This document shows, piece after piece, positions 27,970 through 36,721 of a stretch of DNA of 46,388 nt. The notes under the pieces were generated by a model, which worked only from the letters and a program-made list of their open reading frames with translations, ran no database searches and was not told the origin of the DNA. Numbering within the stretch: position 1 is the stretch's first letter; each line of letters begins with the position of its first letter. The translations under genes and the position numbers were made by a program. Origin of the DNA: Candidatus Angelobacter sp. (lineage in GTDB: Bacteria; Verrucomicrobiota; Verrucomicrobiia; Limisphaerales; AV2); contig DATNDF010000505.1 of the NCBI GenBank assembly GCA_035607015.1, positions 1-46,388 of the forward strand, read 5' to 3'.

Positions 27970-28115
27970 GGCAGATTCTGCGCCGCCCCGGCCTTGGAAC
28001 CGGATCGTGCGAAGCACCTGGAGGATGCCAAAAAATACTTGCCCCGTTGAAATATTCGGCCACTATCCGGACACACAAATCAGTCCGTTTTCGCGCAAGC
28101 GCGCCTTTGATTTTT

Positions 28116-29099
28116 ATGGGACGAATTTACAACGACATTGTCGAGACCGTCGGCAGCACGCCACTGGTGAGACTTAACAGAGTGACGGCGGGGGTGCCGG
28201 CGACCATTCTATTGAAATGCGAATTCTTCAATCCGCTCGGCAGCGTCAAGGACCGCATCGGCATGGCGATGATCGAAGACGCCGAGCGGCGGAAGATCAT
28301 CGACAAAGAGACGACGATCATCGAACCGACGAGTGGCAATACGGGTATCGCACTGGCGTTTGTGGCAGCCGCGAAGGGTTACAAACTCATTCTTACGATG
28401 CCTGAGACCATGTCGATTGAGAGGCGCACCCTGCTGGCGATGCTCGGCGCGAAACTCGTATTGACGCCGGGCGCCGAAGGAATGAAGGGCGCGATCGCCA
28501 AGGCCGAGCAACTCGCCAAAGAGACGCCGAAATCCTGGATACCCCAGCAGTTTGAAAATCCGGCGAATCCCGAAATCCATCGCAAAACGACGGCCGAAGA
28601 AATCTGGGCCGACACGGATGGTCAGGTGGACATCGTGGTATCGGCGGTGGGAACCGGAGGAACGATCACCGGCTGCTACGAAGTGATCAAACCGCGCAAA
28701 CCATCCTTCCAGGCCGTGGCGGTGGAGCCGAAGGATTCGCCCGTGATTTCTCAAAGTCTCGCGGGCCAACCACTGAAGCCCGGACCGCACAAGATCCAGG
28801 GAACGGGTGCCGGCTTCATTCCCAGGAACCTTCATTTGAAGGACGGGAAGGGAAACCCGCAAATCGCCGAGTGCATCCTGGTCACAAATGAGGACGCTTT
28901 TGCCATGGCGCGGCGGCTGGCGAAAGAAGAGGGTATTCTTGCGGGCATCTCTTCCGGTGCCAACGTCTGGGCGGCAATCGAATTGGCAAAGCGTCCGGAA
29001 AACAAGGGAAAGATGATCGTGACGGTCGCCTGCTCGACTGGCGAACGCTATCTCAGCACGCCGCTGGCGGCAGAGGCGAAGGCCGAAGTCGGGGGATGA
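28116..29099 (+). CDS. cysK: cysteine synthase A (O-acetylserine sulfhydrylase)
   Basis: [23 protein letters not shown]...[11 protein letters not shown]...[12 protein letters not shown]...GTGGTITG...[16 protein letters not shown]. The ORF-track start at 27903 adds 71 implausible residues. Confidence 0.95.
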   Translation: MGRIYNDIVETVGSTPLVRLNRVTAGVPATILLKCEFFNPLGSVKDRIGMAMIEDAERRKIIDKETTIIEPTSGNTGIALAFVAAAKGYKLILTMPETMSIERRTLLAMLGAKLVLTPGAEGMKGAIAKAEQLAKETPKSWIPQQFENPANPEIHRKTTAEEIWADTDGQVDIVVSAVGTGGTITGCYEVIKPRKPSFQAVAVEPKDSPVISQSLAGQPLKPGPHKIQGTGAGFIPRNLHLKDGKGNPQIAECILVTNEDAFAMARRLAKEEGILAGISSGANVWAAIELAKRPENKGKMIVTVACSTGERYLSTPLAAEAKAEVGG

Positions 29100-29302
29100 G
29101 GACAGTGTTTTTTTGGATAAAATACTTGTTGCGTTGCCAGGGGATTGACCGTATTAGTCCGGTGTCACAGGTCCAAACCGGACGCACGGGGTAAAAACAG
29201 TGCTTTTCGTATTTCGGTGCGGCGGTTCTCCCTAGATTCAAATTCTGATGGCGTTCAAGCCACACTTTTGGGGCGGTCCTTCGGACATAACACAGTCGAA
29301 TT

Positions 29303-30436
29303 ATGAGCAACAAGCCTAATGGCACACCGGACTACGGTTCCGGTTATTTGGAAATATCGGAGAAGGGCTTCGGTTTCCTCCGTTCCTCGGACAACCACTT
29401 TCAACCCAAACCGACAGACATTTTCGTCACGCCGGACACGATCAAGAAAAACTTCCTGCGCGAAGGTTCGCAGGTCGCCGGTCCGCTTCAACCGCCGCAT
29501 CGGGGAACCAGCCCGCAACTGCGCGAAGTGGAAAAAGTCAATGGCATGGCGTTTTCCGAATATACCAAGGCCGTGCGGTTCGAGAACCTGACGACCATTG
29601 ATCCGACGGAAAAGTTCCAGCTCGAAACGGCGCCTGATCTGGTTGAAACCCGCATTATTGACCTGGTCACACCCCTCGGCAAAGGCACGCGCGGATTGAT
29701 CGTGGCGCCACCGCGGACGGGCAAGACGACCATTCTCAAACAGATCGCGAATGCCGTCACCGCGAACCATCCGGAGGTACACGCAATGGTGCTGCTCATC
29801 GATGAGCGGCCGGAGGAGGTCACGGATTTCCAGCGCTCGGTCAAAGCCGAGGTCGTGGCGTCATCGAACGACCAGGATCTGGAAACACACGTGCGCCTGT
29901 CGCGGTTCATGATCGAACGCTGCCGTCGCATGGTGGAGTCGGGCAAGGACGTGTTTGTGCTGCTGGATTCGCTCACTCGCGTGGCGCGCGCCTATAACAG
30001 CGTGCACGGCGGGAGCGGCCGCACGATGACCGGCGGCGTTGACGCTCGCGCCCTGGAAATTCCCCGGAAAATGTTCGCGTCGGCGCGCAAGATTGAAGGC
30101 GGCGGATCGCTGACCATCCTGGCAACGGCCCTCGTGGATACAGGCTCTCGCATGGACGAACTGATTTTTCAAGAGTTCAAAGGAACCGGCAACATGGAAT
30201 TGATCCTCGATCGCAAGCTTTCCGACCGCCGGCTGTTTCCGGCCATTGACATTCCCAAAAGCGGCACGCGCAAGGAGGAAAAGCTTTTTCCACCGAAACA
30301 TATCGAGGCCATTCGTAAACTGCGTCGAACGATGGTGGACTTGAATCCCGTGGAAGCGATGGAGACGCTCATCGCCGCGCTGAAAAAGCACAAGACGAAT
30401 GAGGAACTGCTGGCGAAACTCGACAAAAGTTCCTGA
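29303..30436 (+). CDS. rho: transcription termination factor Rho (short form lacking the N-terminal helix bundle)
   Basis: GYLEISEKGFGFLRS (start of the OB/RNA-binding domain), Walker A APPRTGKTTILK, LLIDERPEEV, and the C-terminal PAIDIPKSGTRKEE. An in-frame TAA at 29288-29290 blocks any upstream extension. Confidence 0.95.
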   Translation: MSNKPNGTPDYGSGYLEISEKGFGFLRSSDNHFQPKPTDIFVTPDTIKKNFLREGSQVAGPLQPPHRGTSPQLREVEKVNGMAFSEYTKAVRFENLTTIDPTEKFQLETAPDLVETRIIDLVTPLGKGTRGLIVAPPRTGKTTILKQIANAVTANHPEVHAMVLLIDERPEEVTDFQRSVKAEVVASSNDQDLETHVRLSRFMIERCRRMVESGKDVFVLLDSLTRVARAYNSVHGGSGRTMTGGVDARALEIPRKMFASARKIEGGGSLTILATALVDTGSRMDELIFQEFKGTGNMELILDRKLSDRRLFPAIDIPKSGTRKEEKLFPPKHIEAIRKLRRTMVDLNPVEAMETLIAALKKHKTNEELLAKLDKSS

Positions 30437-30531
30437 TTCGCGCGCGGGGCGACCACTCGCCGCGCCCAACGGGGTCGGCCGCGGAGGATCGGTGGTTTAC
30501 TTTCAGAAAGGATTGTAGTTCCCTCGTTCCG

Positions 30532-31539
30532 GTGAAGGTGCCCGACAGGCCGAAGGCAAGATCGCTGTGTTCCCGACCCCCGCTTGAGCGGATGCTGCGG
30601 ATTCACCAGGCGGTTCAGTCCGGCGGATATCCCAACGCCACTGCTCTCGCGGGTGAACTTGAAGTCAGCACCAAATCGATTTATCGCGACATCGAGTTCA
30701 TGCGTGACCGCCTGGAGTTGCCGGTTGAATTCGACAGCGTGCGGAATGGGTTCCATTACACGGAGGAGGTCAGCGGCTTTCCCACCCTTCAGATCACCGA
30801 GGGGGAACTTTTCGCCTTGCTCGTCGCTGAAAAGGCCTTGCAGCAGTATCGCGGCACGACCTTCGAGAAGCCGCTCGTCAGCGCCTTCAAGAAAATGGCC
30901 GCGTCCCTGCCTGACACGGTGTCGTTGAACCTTGCCGACTGGGAGCAGACGATTTCCTTCCGCACAAGCGCGGAGCCGGTCTTGGACTTGAAAATCTTCG
31001 ATACTCTTGCCAAGGCGACAGCCAATCGCAAACAACTCGAGCTGACCTACCGCAAGCCCGGGCGAAAGGAAACCGAGCCGCGCGTGGTTGACCCGTATCA
31101 CCTGGCCAATATCAATGGCGAGTGGTTTCTTTTCGCCTACTGCCATCTGCGAAAGGACATCCGCACGTTTGTTCCGGCTCGGATTCTGGAGGCCACCGTC
31201 ACCGGCAAGTCGTTCGTCCGTCCGCAGAAGTTTTCGTTGGAGAAGCGGTTGCGCGACAGTTTCGGAGTTGTCACCGGCGGTGATGAGTTTGACGTCGTGG
31301 TCCGTTTCGACGAACTGGCTGCCGATTACATCCGCGAAAAGCGGTGGCATCCTTCCCAACGGTTGGTCGAGTTGGAGGACGGCGGCGTTGAGTTGCGTTT
31401 GAGGCTTTCCAGTCTCGCGGAAATTCAACGGTGGATTCTGAGTTGGGGCGGCCGTGCCGTCGCGGTGGCTCCACGCGAACTGGCGGAGTCGGTCACCAGC
31501 GCCGCGCGCGCAATTGTCGAGCGCGCGGAGCGGGCCTGA
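30532..31539 (+). CDS. HTH-WYL-domain transcriptional regulator (PafB/PafC-like)
   Basis: RPPLERMLRIHQAVQSGGYPNATALAGELEVSTKSIYRDIEFMRDRLELPVEFD is the HTH. The central WYL-type domain is ...VVDPYHLANINGEWFLFAYCH. GTG start; the alternative ATG at 30592 would cut the conserved RPPLERM. Confidence 0.85.
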   Translation: MKVPDRPKARSLCSRPPLERMLRIHQAVQSGGYPNATALAGELEVSTKSIYRDIEFMRDRLELPVEFDSVRNGFHYTEEVSGFPTLQITEGELFALLVAEKALQQYRGTTFEKPLVSAFKKMAASLPDTVSLNLADWEQTISFRTSAEPVLDLKIFDTLAKATANRKQLELTYRKPGRKETEPRVVDPYHLANINGEWFLFAYCHLRKDIRTFVPARILEATVTGKSFVRPQKFSLEKRLRDSFGVVTGGDEFDVVVRFDELAADYIREKRWHPSQRLVELEDGGVELRLRLSSLAEIQRWILSWGGRAVAVAPRELAESVTSAARAIVERAERA

Positions 31540-31598
31540 TCCGACGCAAGACCGGAGTACGCACGCGCCCGCGATTCGCGCAAAAAATGCTTGTCTGC

Positions 31599-31628
31599 AT
31601 TTGCAAATCGAACGAAGCAGCGTAATAT
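31599..31628 (+). promoter_or_regulatory. candidate promoter with overlapping 10-bp palindrome in front of the proteasomal ATPase gene
   Basis: TTGCAA (31601-31606), a 16-nt spacer, then TAATAT (31623-31628). The perfect palindrome ATTTGCAAAT (31599-31608) overlaps the -35. The -10 ends 7 nt before the A of the ATG at 31635, and there is no Shine-Dalgarno. Confidence 0.35.
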
Positions 31629-31634
31629 CATGGC

Positions 31635-33344
31635 ATGGCTGAGCCAAAGAAGAAGTCCGTGCCGCCATCTCCAGCCGGCAAATCCCCGGCTGACGGCCCG
31701 GAGGTTTCTTCACCACTCGGCGGTCTGCTTCCGCGTGAGGAGTTGGATCGGCTTTCCGCCCTGCAGTTGACTGATCTTATCGTTGGCAAACTGCCGCCGC
31801 GCCACCCGGCCATCCTCGACATGGTCTATTTGCGCGAACGCATCGCATCCATTGAAGAAACAAACGAGGAGGCGCGCCAGGCGATCGAGAAGATGGACGC
31901 GATCATCGAGAAGCTGCGCTCTCCTGCTTTTCGCGTCGGCACGCTGCTGACTCTGATTCAACCGGACCAGGCCCACGTCTGCGTTGGTGGCACGGATTAC
32001 GTCTGCCGTGTCGATCCACAGGTTCCGCTGTCCAGCCTGCAGGTCGGCCAACGCGTGTTGCTGAATGAGGCGTTTGCAGTGGTGCAGGGGCTTGGTTTCG
32101 ACCGCAACGGCCCGATTGTCCGCATTGACGAATTGCTTTCCGACGGCCGTTTGCGCATTGGTCAGGAATCCGGCCTGATGCCGCTCGTTCTTCAACGCTC
32201 CGCCTTGTTGAGCAAGGAAAAGCTCAAGCCGGGCATGGACATCCGGCTTGATGTGAACCAACGGGTGGCGCTCGAGGTCATTGGGATTGGAAAGCGGGTT
32301 GAACGCTCGCTTGAGAACGTGACCGAGCTGCCGTGGTCGTCCATCGGGGGCCAGGAAGAGGCGGTGCAGGCGATTCGCGACACGATTGAACTGCCGTTCC
32401 TGCATCGGGACCTGTTCAAGCGATTCGAGCACACAGTGCCGAAGGGCTTCCTGCTCTATGGGCCGCCGGGTTGTGGCAAGACGCTGCTCGGGAAGGCGAC
32501 CGCCTACAATTTGCGACAGCAAATAAAGACGCAAAGCGGCGTGGACCGGCCGGAATTCTTCCTCCATGTCAAAGGCCCGGAAATCCTGAACATGTGGGTG
32601 GGCGAATCTGAACGGCAGGTGCGCGACCTGTTCACTCAATGCCGCGAACGCGCGAACGACGGGGCGCTGGCGTTTCTGTTCATCGACGAGGCGGAATCCA
32701 TTCTCGGCACCCGCCACGGCGGACGCTTTCACACGATGGCGAGCACACTTGTCCCCATGTTCTGCACGGAGATGGACGGACTTGAGCCGCTGCAAAACGT
32801 GGTCGTGATCCTGGCCTCGAACCGGGCTGATTTGATTGATCCCGCCATTCTTCGGCCCGGCCGCATCGACCGGAAGATCAAGGTCAAACGCCCGGATATC
32901 GCCGGAGCGCAGAGCATCTACGAGATTTACCTTCGCGACTCGCTCCCACTGGCGGAGCCGAAGATCGAATTGGCCCGGGCCGCCGTTCAGGTGCATTACG
33001 CGAAAGCGGAGGAGAACCAGTTTCTGGAGGTGGTTTACCGCAGCGGGAAGCGGGACATTCTGTACCGCGGAGATCTGGCGAGTGGCGCGATCATTGCCGC
33101 CGTGGTGGAGAGGGCCAAGAGCCTGGCGATCAGACGTTCGATAGACACCAGGCAGGAGACCCAGTTGACTCGCGAAGACCTGCTGGCCGCCCTGCGGCGG
33201 GAATACATCGAGAACGATCTGTTCCCCTCGACCGACATCACTGAAGACTGGCTGAAACTGACGGATTTTGACCCGGACAACGTGATCAAACTCGGTCCCA
33301 TCCGCCCACGCAAAGCGGACACCGTTGGAAACGCCGTGGTATGA
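31635..33344 (+). CDS. proteasome-associated AAA+ ATPase (Mpa/ARC-like)
   Basis: N-terminal coiled coil (RERIASIEETNEEARQAIEKMDAIIEKL) followed by an OB-like region. A single AAA module has Walker A GPPGCGKTLLGKA and Walker B FLFIDEAES. It sits directly upstream of the dop-like, modifier and prcBA genes. Confidence 0.9.
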   Translation: MAEPKKKSVPPSPAGKSPADGPEVSSPLGGLLPREELDRLSALQLTDLIVGKLPPRHPAILDMVYLRERIASIEETNEEARQAIEKMDAIIEKLRSPAFRVGTLLTLIQPDQAHVCVGGTDYVCRVDPQVPLSSLQVGQRVLLNEAFAVVQGLGFDRNGPIVRIDELLSDGRLRIGQESGLMPLVLQRSALLSKEKLKPGMDIRLDVNQRVALEVIGIGKRVERSLENVTELPWSSIGGQEEAVQAIRDTIELPFLHRDLFKRFEHTVPKGFLLYGPPGCGKTLLGKATAYNLRQQIKTQSGVDRPEFFLHVKGPEILNMWVGESERQVRDLFTQCRERANDGALAFLFIDEAESILGTRHGGRFHTMASTLVPMFCTEMDGLEPLQNVVVILASNRADLIDPAILRPGRIDRKIKVKRPDIAGAQSIYEIYLRDSLPLAEPKIELARAAVQVHYAKAEENQFLEVVYRSGKRDILYRGDLASGAIIAAVVERAKSLAIRRSIDTRQETQLTREDLLAALRREYIENDLFPSTDITEDWLKLTDFDPDNVIKLGPIRPRKADTVGNAVV

Positions 33345-33509
33345 CGACGTGGAACGTTCGTCTCACCAATGAATCACCGATTGGACAAAGGCGGACACAG
33401 TGATCGGGGTTGACCCAACGGCAGGATCGGGAAAGGGATTCTTTTCCAGGTTGTAAAAAATTTTCCATAACGGGTCGCGCAATCCGTCTGTCTTAATGCG
33501 TAACAATAC

Positions 33510-35018
33510 ATGATCGCGCCCACCATCCAGTTTGGGTTGGAGACGGAAATCGGCATCTTCAGCGACGCGCCGGGCGAGGTTGATGTCGTTGCCGAGTCGA
33601 TCGCGCTCGTGCGTAGCGCCACCGAGCCTGGGGTCTGGATGTGCTGGGACTACGAGTGCGAGGATCCGCACGTGGACATGCGCGGTTTTCGCGTCCACGA
33701 ACTGCGCCAGGACACCGACGAGGCAGACTATTACGCCCAGGACGCGGCGCGCGAACTGAGCTTCGTGGAAATCAAAAGCGATCTCGTGCTCGGCAACGGG
33801 GCGCGCTTTTACAACGACCACGCCCATCCCGAATACTGCACCCCGGAATGCCGCACCCTCGATGAACTGGTCGCGCACGACCGCGCCGGAGAGCGCATCC
33901 TGATGGCCTGCGCGCATCATCTGACTCAACAACGCGGCGTCGCGGTCAGGCTTTACAAGAACAACACGGATTTTTGCGGCCACAGCTACGGTTGCCACGA
34001 GAATTATCTGCTGCCCCGTTCGCTGGCGTGGGAAACGCTGGCGCAGGGAATCCAGGCTTTTTTGGTGACGCGTCAGATTTTTGCCGGGGCGGGCAAGTTC
34101 GCCGTGGAAACCGAGGATAAATTCCTCTCCGCCGGCTTCCAGATTTCGCAGCGCAGTGACTTTTTCTGCGAATTGCAGAGCGTTGATACGATGCAGCGGC
34201 GGCCGCTTATCAACACGCGCGATGAACCGCACGCGAACCCCAAAAAGTTTCGGCGGTTCCATGTCATTCTGGGGGACGCGAACATGTCGCCGTTCGCGAC
34301 CCGGTTGAAGGTTGGCGCGACCGCCCTGGTTTTGGAGGCGCTGGTGTTGGATCCCAGGAGGATTTATCCCGTACTCGCCGATCCCCTGAAGGCACTGACG
34401 AAGATTTCCCGCGATGAGAAGTTTCGTTGGCCGGTGATGCTCGATGGAGGGCGGGCCTCCACGGGCCTGGCGGTCCAGCGGGCCTATCTGGCGGCGGTGC
34501 GCGAGGTCTGTGATCTGACGGTTGCCGCAAAGGCGTCGCTGGTGGCTGATTGGGAAAAGGTGTTGACCGACTTGGAAACCGATCCCATGCGTTGTCACGA
34601 CCGGCTTGATTGGGTGGCAAAGCTCGCGTTGGTGCGGCGTTTTCAAGCGGCGCAAAAACTGCCCGACGGTGACCCGTGGTTGCAGAGTCTCGACCTTGAA
34701 TATCACCGGCTGGACCTGGCGGAAGGGCTGTATTACGGCCTCGAACAATCGGGCGCGATTCTGGGAGCGCCCGATGAGGCAACCGTACGGCGCGCCGTTA
34801 CGCATCCACCGACGACCCGCGCGACCGTGCGGGGAAAGTGCATTCAGAAATTCGCGTCGGCTGTGACGGCGGCGCAATGGGACCACATAACGTTGCAAGG
34901 CAAGGACGGTTCCTTTAAGATTTCGCTCCTCGATTTGTTCACACCTGACGACGTGTTGCGTTGCAGTCGGGCGATTGACGCGGCGCGTTCGCCGGACGAT
35001 TTGCGAATCTTGTCATAA
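33510..35018 (+). CDS. Pup-ligase-family enzyme, Dop-like by position and size (depupylase/deamidase homolog)
   Basis: FGLETEIG, GARFYNDHAHPEYCTPEC, GCHENYL, QRRPLINTRDEPHA, RFHVILGDANM. It is 502 aa and lies immediately upstream of the modifier gene, as dop does in Mycobacterium. Confidence 0.85.
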   Translation: MIAPTIQFGLETEIGIFSDAPGEVDVVAESIALVRSATEPGVWMCWDYECEDPHVDMRGFRVHELRQDTDEADYYAQDAARELSFVEIKSDLVLGNGARFYNDHAHPEYCTPECRTLDELVAHDRAGERILMACAHHLTQQRGVAVRLYKNNTDFCGHSYGCHENYLLPRSLAWETLAQGIQAFLVTRQIFAGAGKFAVETEDKFLSAGFQISQRSDFFCELQSVDTMQRRPLINTRDEPHANPKKFRRFHVILGDANMSPFATRLKVGATALVLEALVLDPRRIYPVLADPLKALTKISRDEKFRWPVMLDGGRASTGLAVQRAYLAAVREVCDLTVAAKASLVADWEKVLTDLETDPMRCHDRLDWVAKLALVRRFQAAQKLPDGDPWLQSLDLEYHRLDLAEGLYYGLEQSGAILGAPDEATVRRAVTHPPTTRATVRGKCIQKFASAVTAAQWDHITLQGKDGSFKISLLDLFTPDDVLRCSRAIDAARSPDDLRILS

Positions 35019-35040
35019 CGTGTCACAATAACCGCAAGAT

Positions 35041-35214
35041 ATGCCTGACCAATCACAAAAATCCCGTCCAGTGGCGCCGGCCGGTCCGGGCGGAGGAGGC
35101 GACGGTCCGAGCGCGCCGAAAGTGGACAAACCCAACGTGGATGATCTGCTCAAACGGATGCGCAAAGTGGATCCGGACCAGGCGCGCCGCTACCGCCAAC
35201 GCACCGGCCAATGA
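35041..35214 (+). CDS. ubiquitin-like small modifier, UBact/Pup-type (57 aa)
   Basis: Missing from the ORF track (under 60 aa). Translation MPDQSQKSRPVAPAGPGGGGDGPSAPKVDKPNVDDLLKRMRKVDPDQARRYRQRTGQ. The N-terminal half is low-complexity and predicted disordered, the C-terminal half is helical and charged, and the last residue is Gln. Its TGA overlaps the prcB ATG (ATGA at 35211-35214). It occupies the pup position between the dop-like gene and prcB. Confidence 0.85.
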   Translation: MPDQSQKSRPVAPAGPGGGGDGPSAPKVDKPNVDDLLKRMRKVDPDQARRYRQRTGQ

Positions 35215-35984
35215 GCGATCCTTCTCCGATCGCGGGCGATTTCCTTTCCCTGCTCGCGCTTCACCGTGTTTCGCCCTTGCGCGCCGCCGTGTCGCCCGAC
35301 GCGCCCGTCCAGACACAGGCGACCACCGTCTTTGCGTTCCACTTCGCAGATGGCGTGCTGATGGCCGGCGACCGCCGCGCGACCGCGGGTAATGTCATCG
35401 TCACAGACCGCGTTGACAAAGTTCTCGAACTGGATGCGACGTCGGTCCTGGCGATCGCCGGAGTACCCGCAACCGCGTTTGAAATGGCGCGGGTGCTGGA
35501 AACTTCGTTTGAATACTACCGGCGCAGCCAGTTGCAGTCGCTCAGCCTGCCGGCCAAGGTCCGCGCCCTCGCGCGGTTATTGCGCGAAAATCTACCATTG
35601 ACCATGCAGGGCGTCGGCGTCGTGATGCCGCTGTTCGCGAGCGTGGATCTGACGGTGACGCCACCCGAGCCACAGATTTACTTTTACGACCCGCTCGGGG
35701 CGCAGTTCCACGCCGTCGGCTATGCCGCATCCGGTTCGGGATCGGGGACGATCCGCAGCATCCTGAGTTTCCAGGACAGGTATGGCGAACCACGGCCCGC
35801 GCGGATGAACCTTCAACAGGCGGTGCAGTTCGCACTGCGTCTGCTGATGACTGCGTCCGAATTTGACTCGGCCACCGGCGGTGTAAATCCGGAAGCGCAC
35901 ACTTTTGCGACCATCAAGATCCTGCGCGGGTCCGGCGTTGAAGATGTGACTGCCGAACAGCAGTCCGAACTGCTGAAATCATGA
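35211..35984 (+). CDS. prcB: 20S proteasome beta subunit with propeptide
   Basis: ...VQTQATTVFAFHFADGVLMAGDRRATAGNVI carries the active-site Thr after a ~37-aa propeptide. GSGS motif: YAASGSGSG. Confidence 0.92.
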   Translation: MSDPSPIAGDFLSLLALHRVSPLRAAVSPDAPVQTQATTVFAFHFADGVLMAGDRRATAGNVIVTDRVDKVLELDATSVLAIAGVPATAFEMARVLETSFEYYRRSQLQSLSLPAKVRALARLLRENLPLTMQGVGVVMPLFASVDLTVTPPEPQIYFYDPLGAQFHAVGYAASGSGSGTIRSILSFQDRYGEPRPARMNLQQAVQFALRLLMTASEFDSATGGVNPEAHTFATIKILRGSGVEDVTAEQQSELLKS

Positions 35985-36721
35985 CGGAAGAACCATATCG
36001 TTGGCTGGAGGCAATCGGGAATCGGCGCGAGTACGTGCGCGAACAGCTGAAGGGCGGATCGCCTGTTTTTGCGGCCTCGCTGCCGGACGGCATCCTGCTG
36101 CTCGGTGTCGGCACGGGCCATTCGAAAGTGTTTGAGCTGTTTGACCGCCATGGGCTCGCTGGCCTGGGGCATCCCGCAGACATTGAAAAAATCCGGCAAG
36201 CCGCCATTGATGCCGCGCATCTGGAAGCGTTCAATCGCGCCCCCGAGGACGTGAGCCTGCGCCGGCTGATCAGCTTCGGGTTAAGCCCGCAACTTAAAAC
36301 GAATTTCGAGCAAATATTCAGCGCCCCGTTTCTGGTGGAACTCCTGCTGGTGGAGGCCGGCACTGAGCCGGGCCAGGATCTGATTGCACGACTGCATTTC
36401 GACGGTGCGTTTCAACTTCACAGCAAAGGTGTCGTCGTGGCCGCGAGCCAGCCCGAGCCCGAAGCGGCTGCGCAAACGTGGGCGAACCAGGTGCTGGCGG
36501 GAAAATCAGACCGCGGCGAGGTTGCCGAAATCCTGCTTCAGGTGTGGTGGTGCCTGATTGAGAACAAACCCTTTAATGACGGGATTCCCGCCGAAGCCGA
36601 GCGACGGGACGGCTGGCGGAAGGCCGTTAATGGACGGACGGCGGAGATTGGCTGGCTGGGGAGAAAGGGTGGCCGCCGTGCGCGGTACGAAGCAGTGACC
36701 GTCGCCCAGCTCGGCTTATGA
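35981..36721 (+). CDS. prcA: 20S proteasome alpha subunit
   Basis: 246 aa with a proteasome-fold pattern (SPVFAASLPDGILLLGV...FELFDRHGLAGLG). ATGA overlaps with prcB (35981-35984) and with the next gene (36718-36721). Confidence 0.85.
   Translation: MTEEPYRWLEAIGNRREYVREQLKGGSPVFAASLPDGILLLGVGTGHSKVFELFDRHGLAGLGHPADIEKIRQAAIDAAHLEAFNRAPEDVSLRRLISFGLSPQLKTNFEQIFSAPFLVELLLVEAGTEPGQDLIARLHFDGAFQLHSKGVVVAASQPEPEAAAQTWANQVLAGKSDRGEVAEILLQVWWCLIENKPFNDGIPAEAERRDGWRKAVNGRTAEIGWLGRKGGRRARYEAVTVAQLGL

Noticed and set aside
27680-28177. 165-aa plus-strand ORF, plus the other 60-95-aa ORFs across 26.7-28.1 kb.
   Set aside because: Their translations are extremely Arg/Ser/Pro-rich. They overlap one another in several frames, cross the strong terminator at 27930-27969, and run into the true cysK start in the wrong frame.
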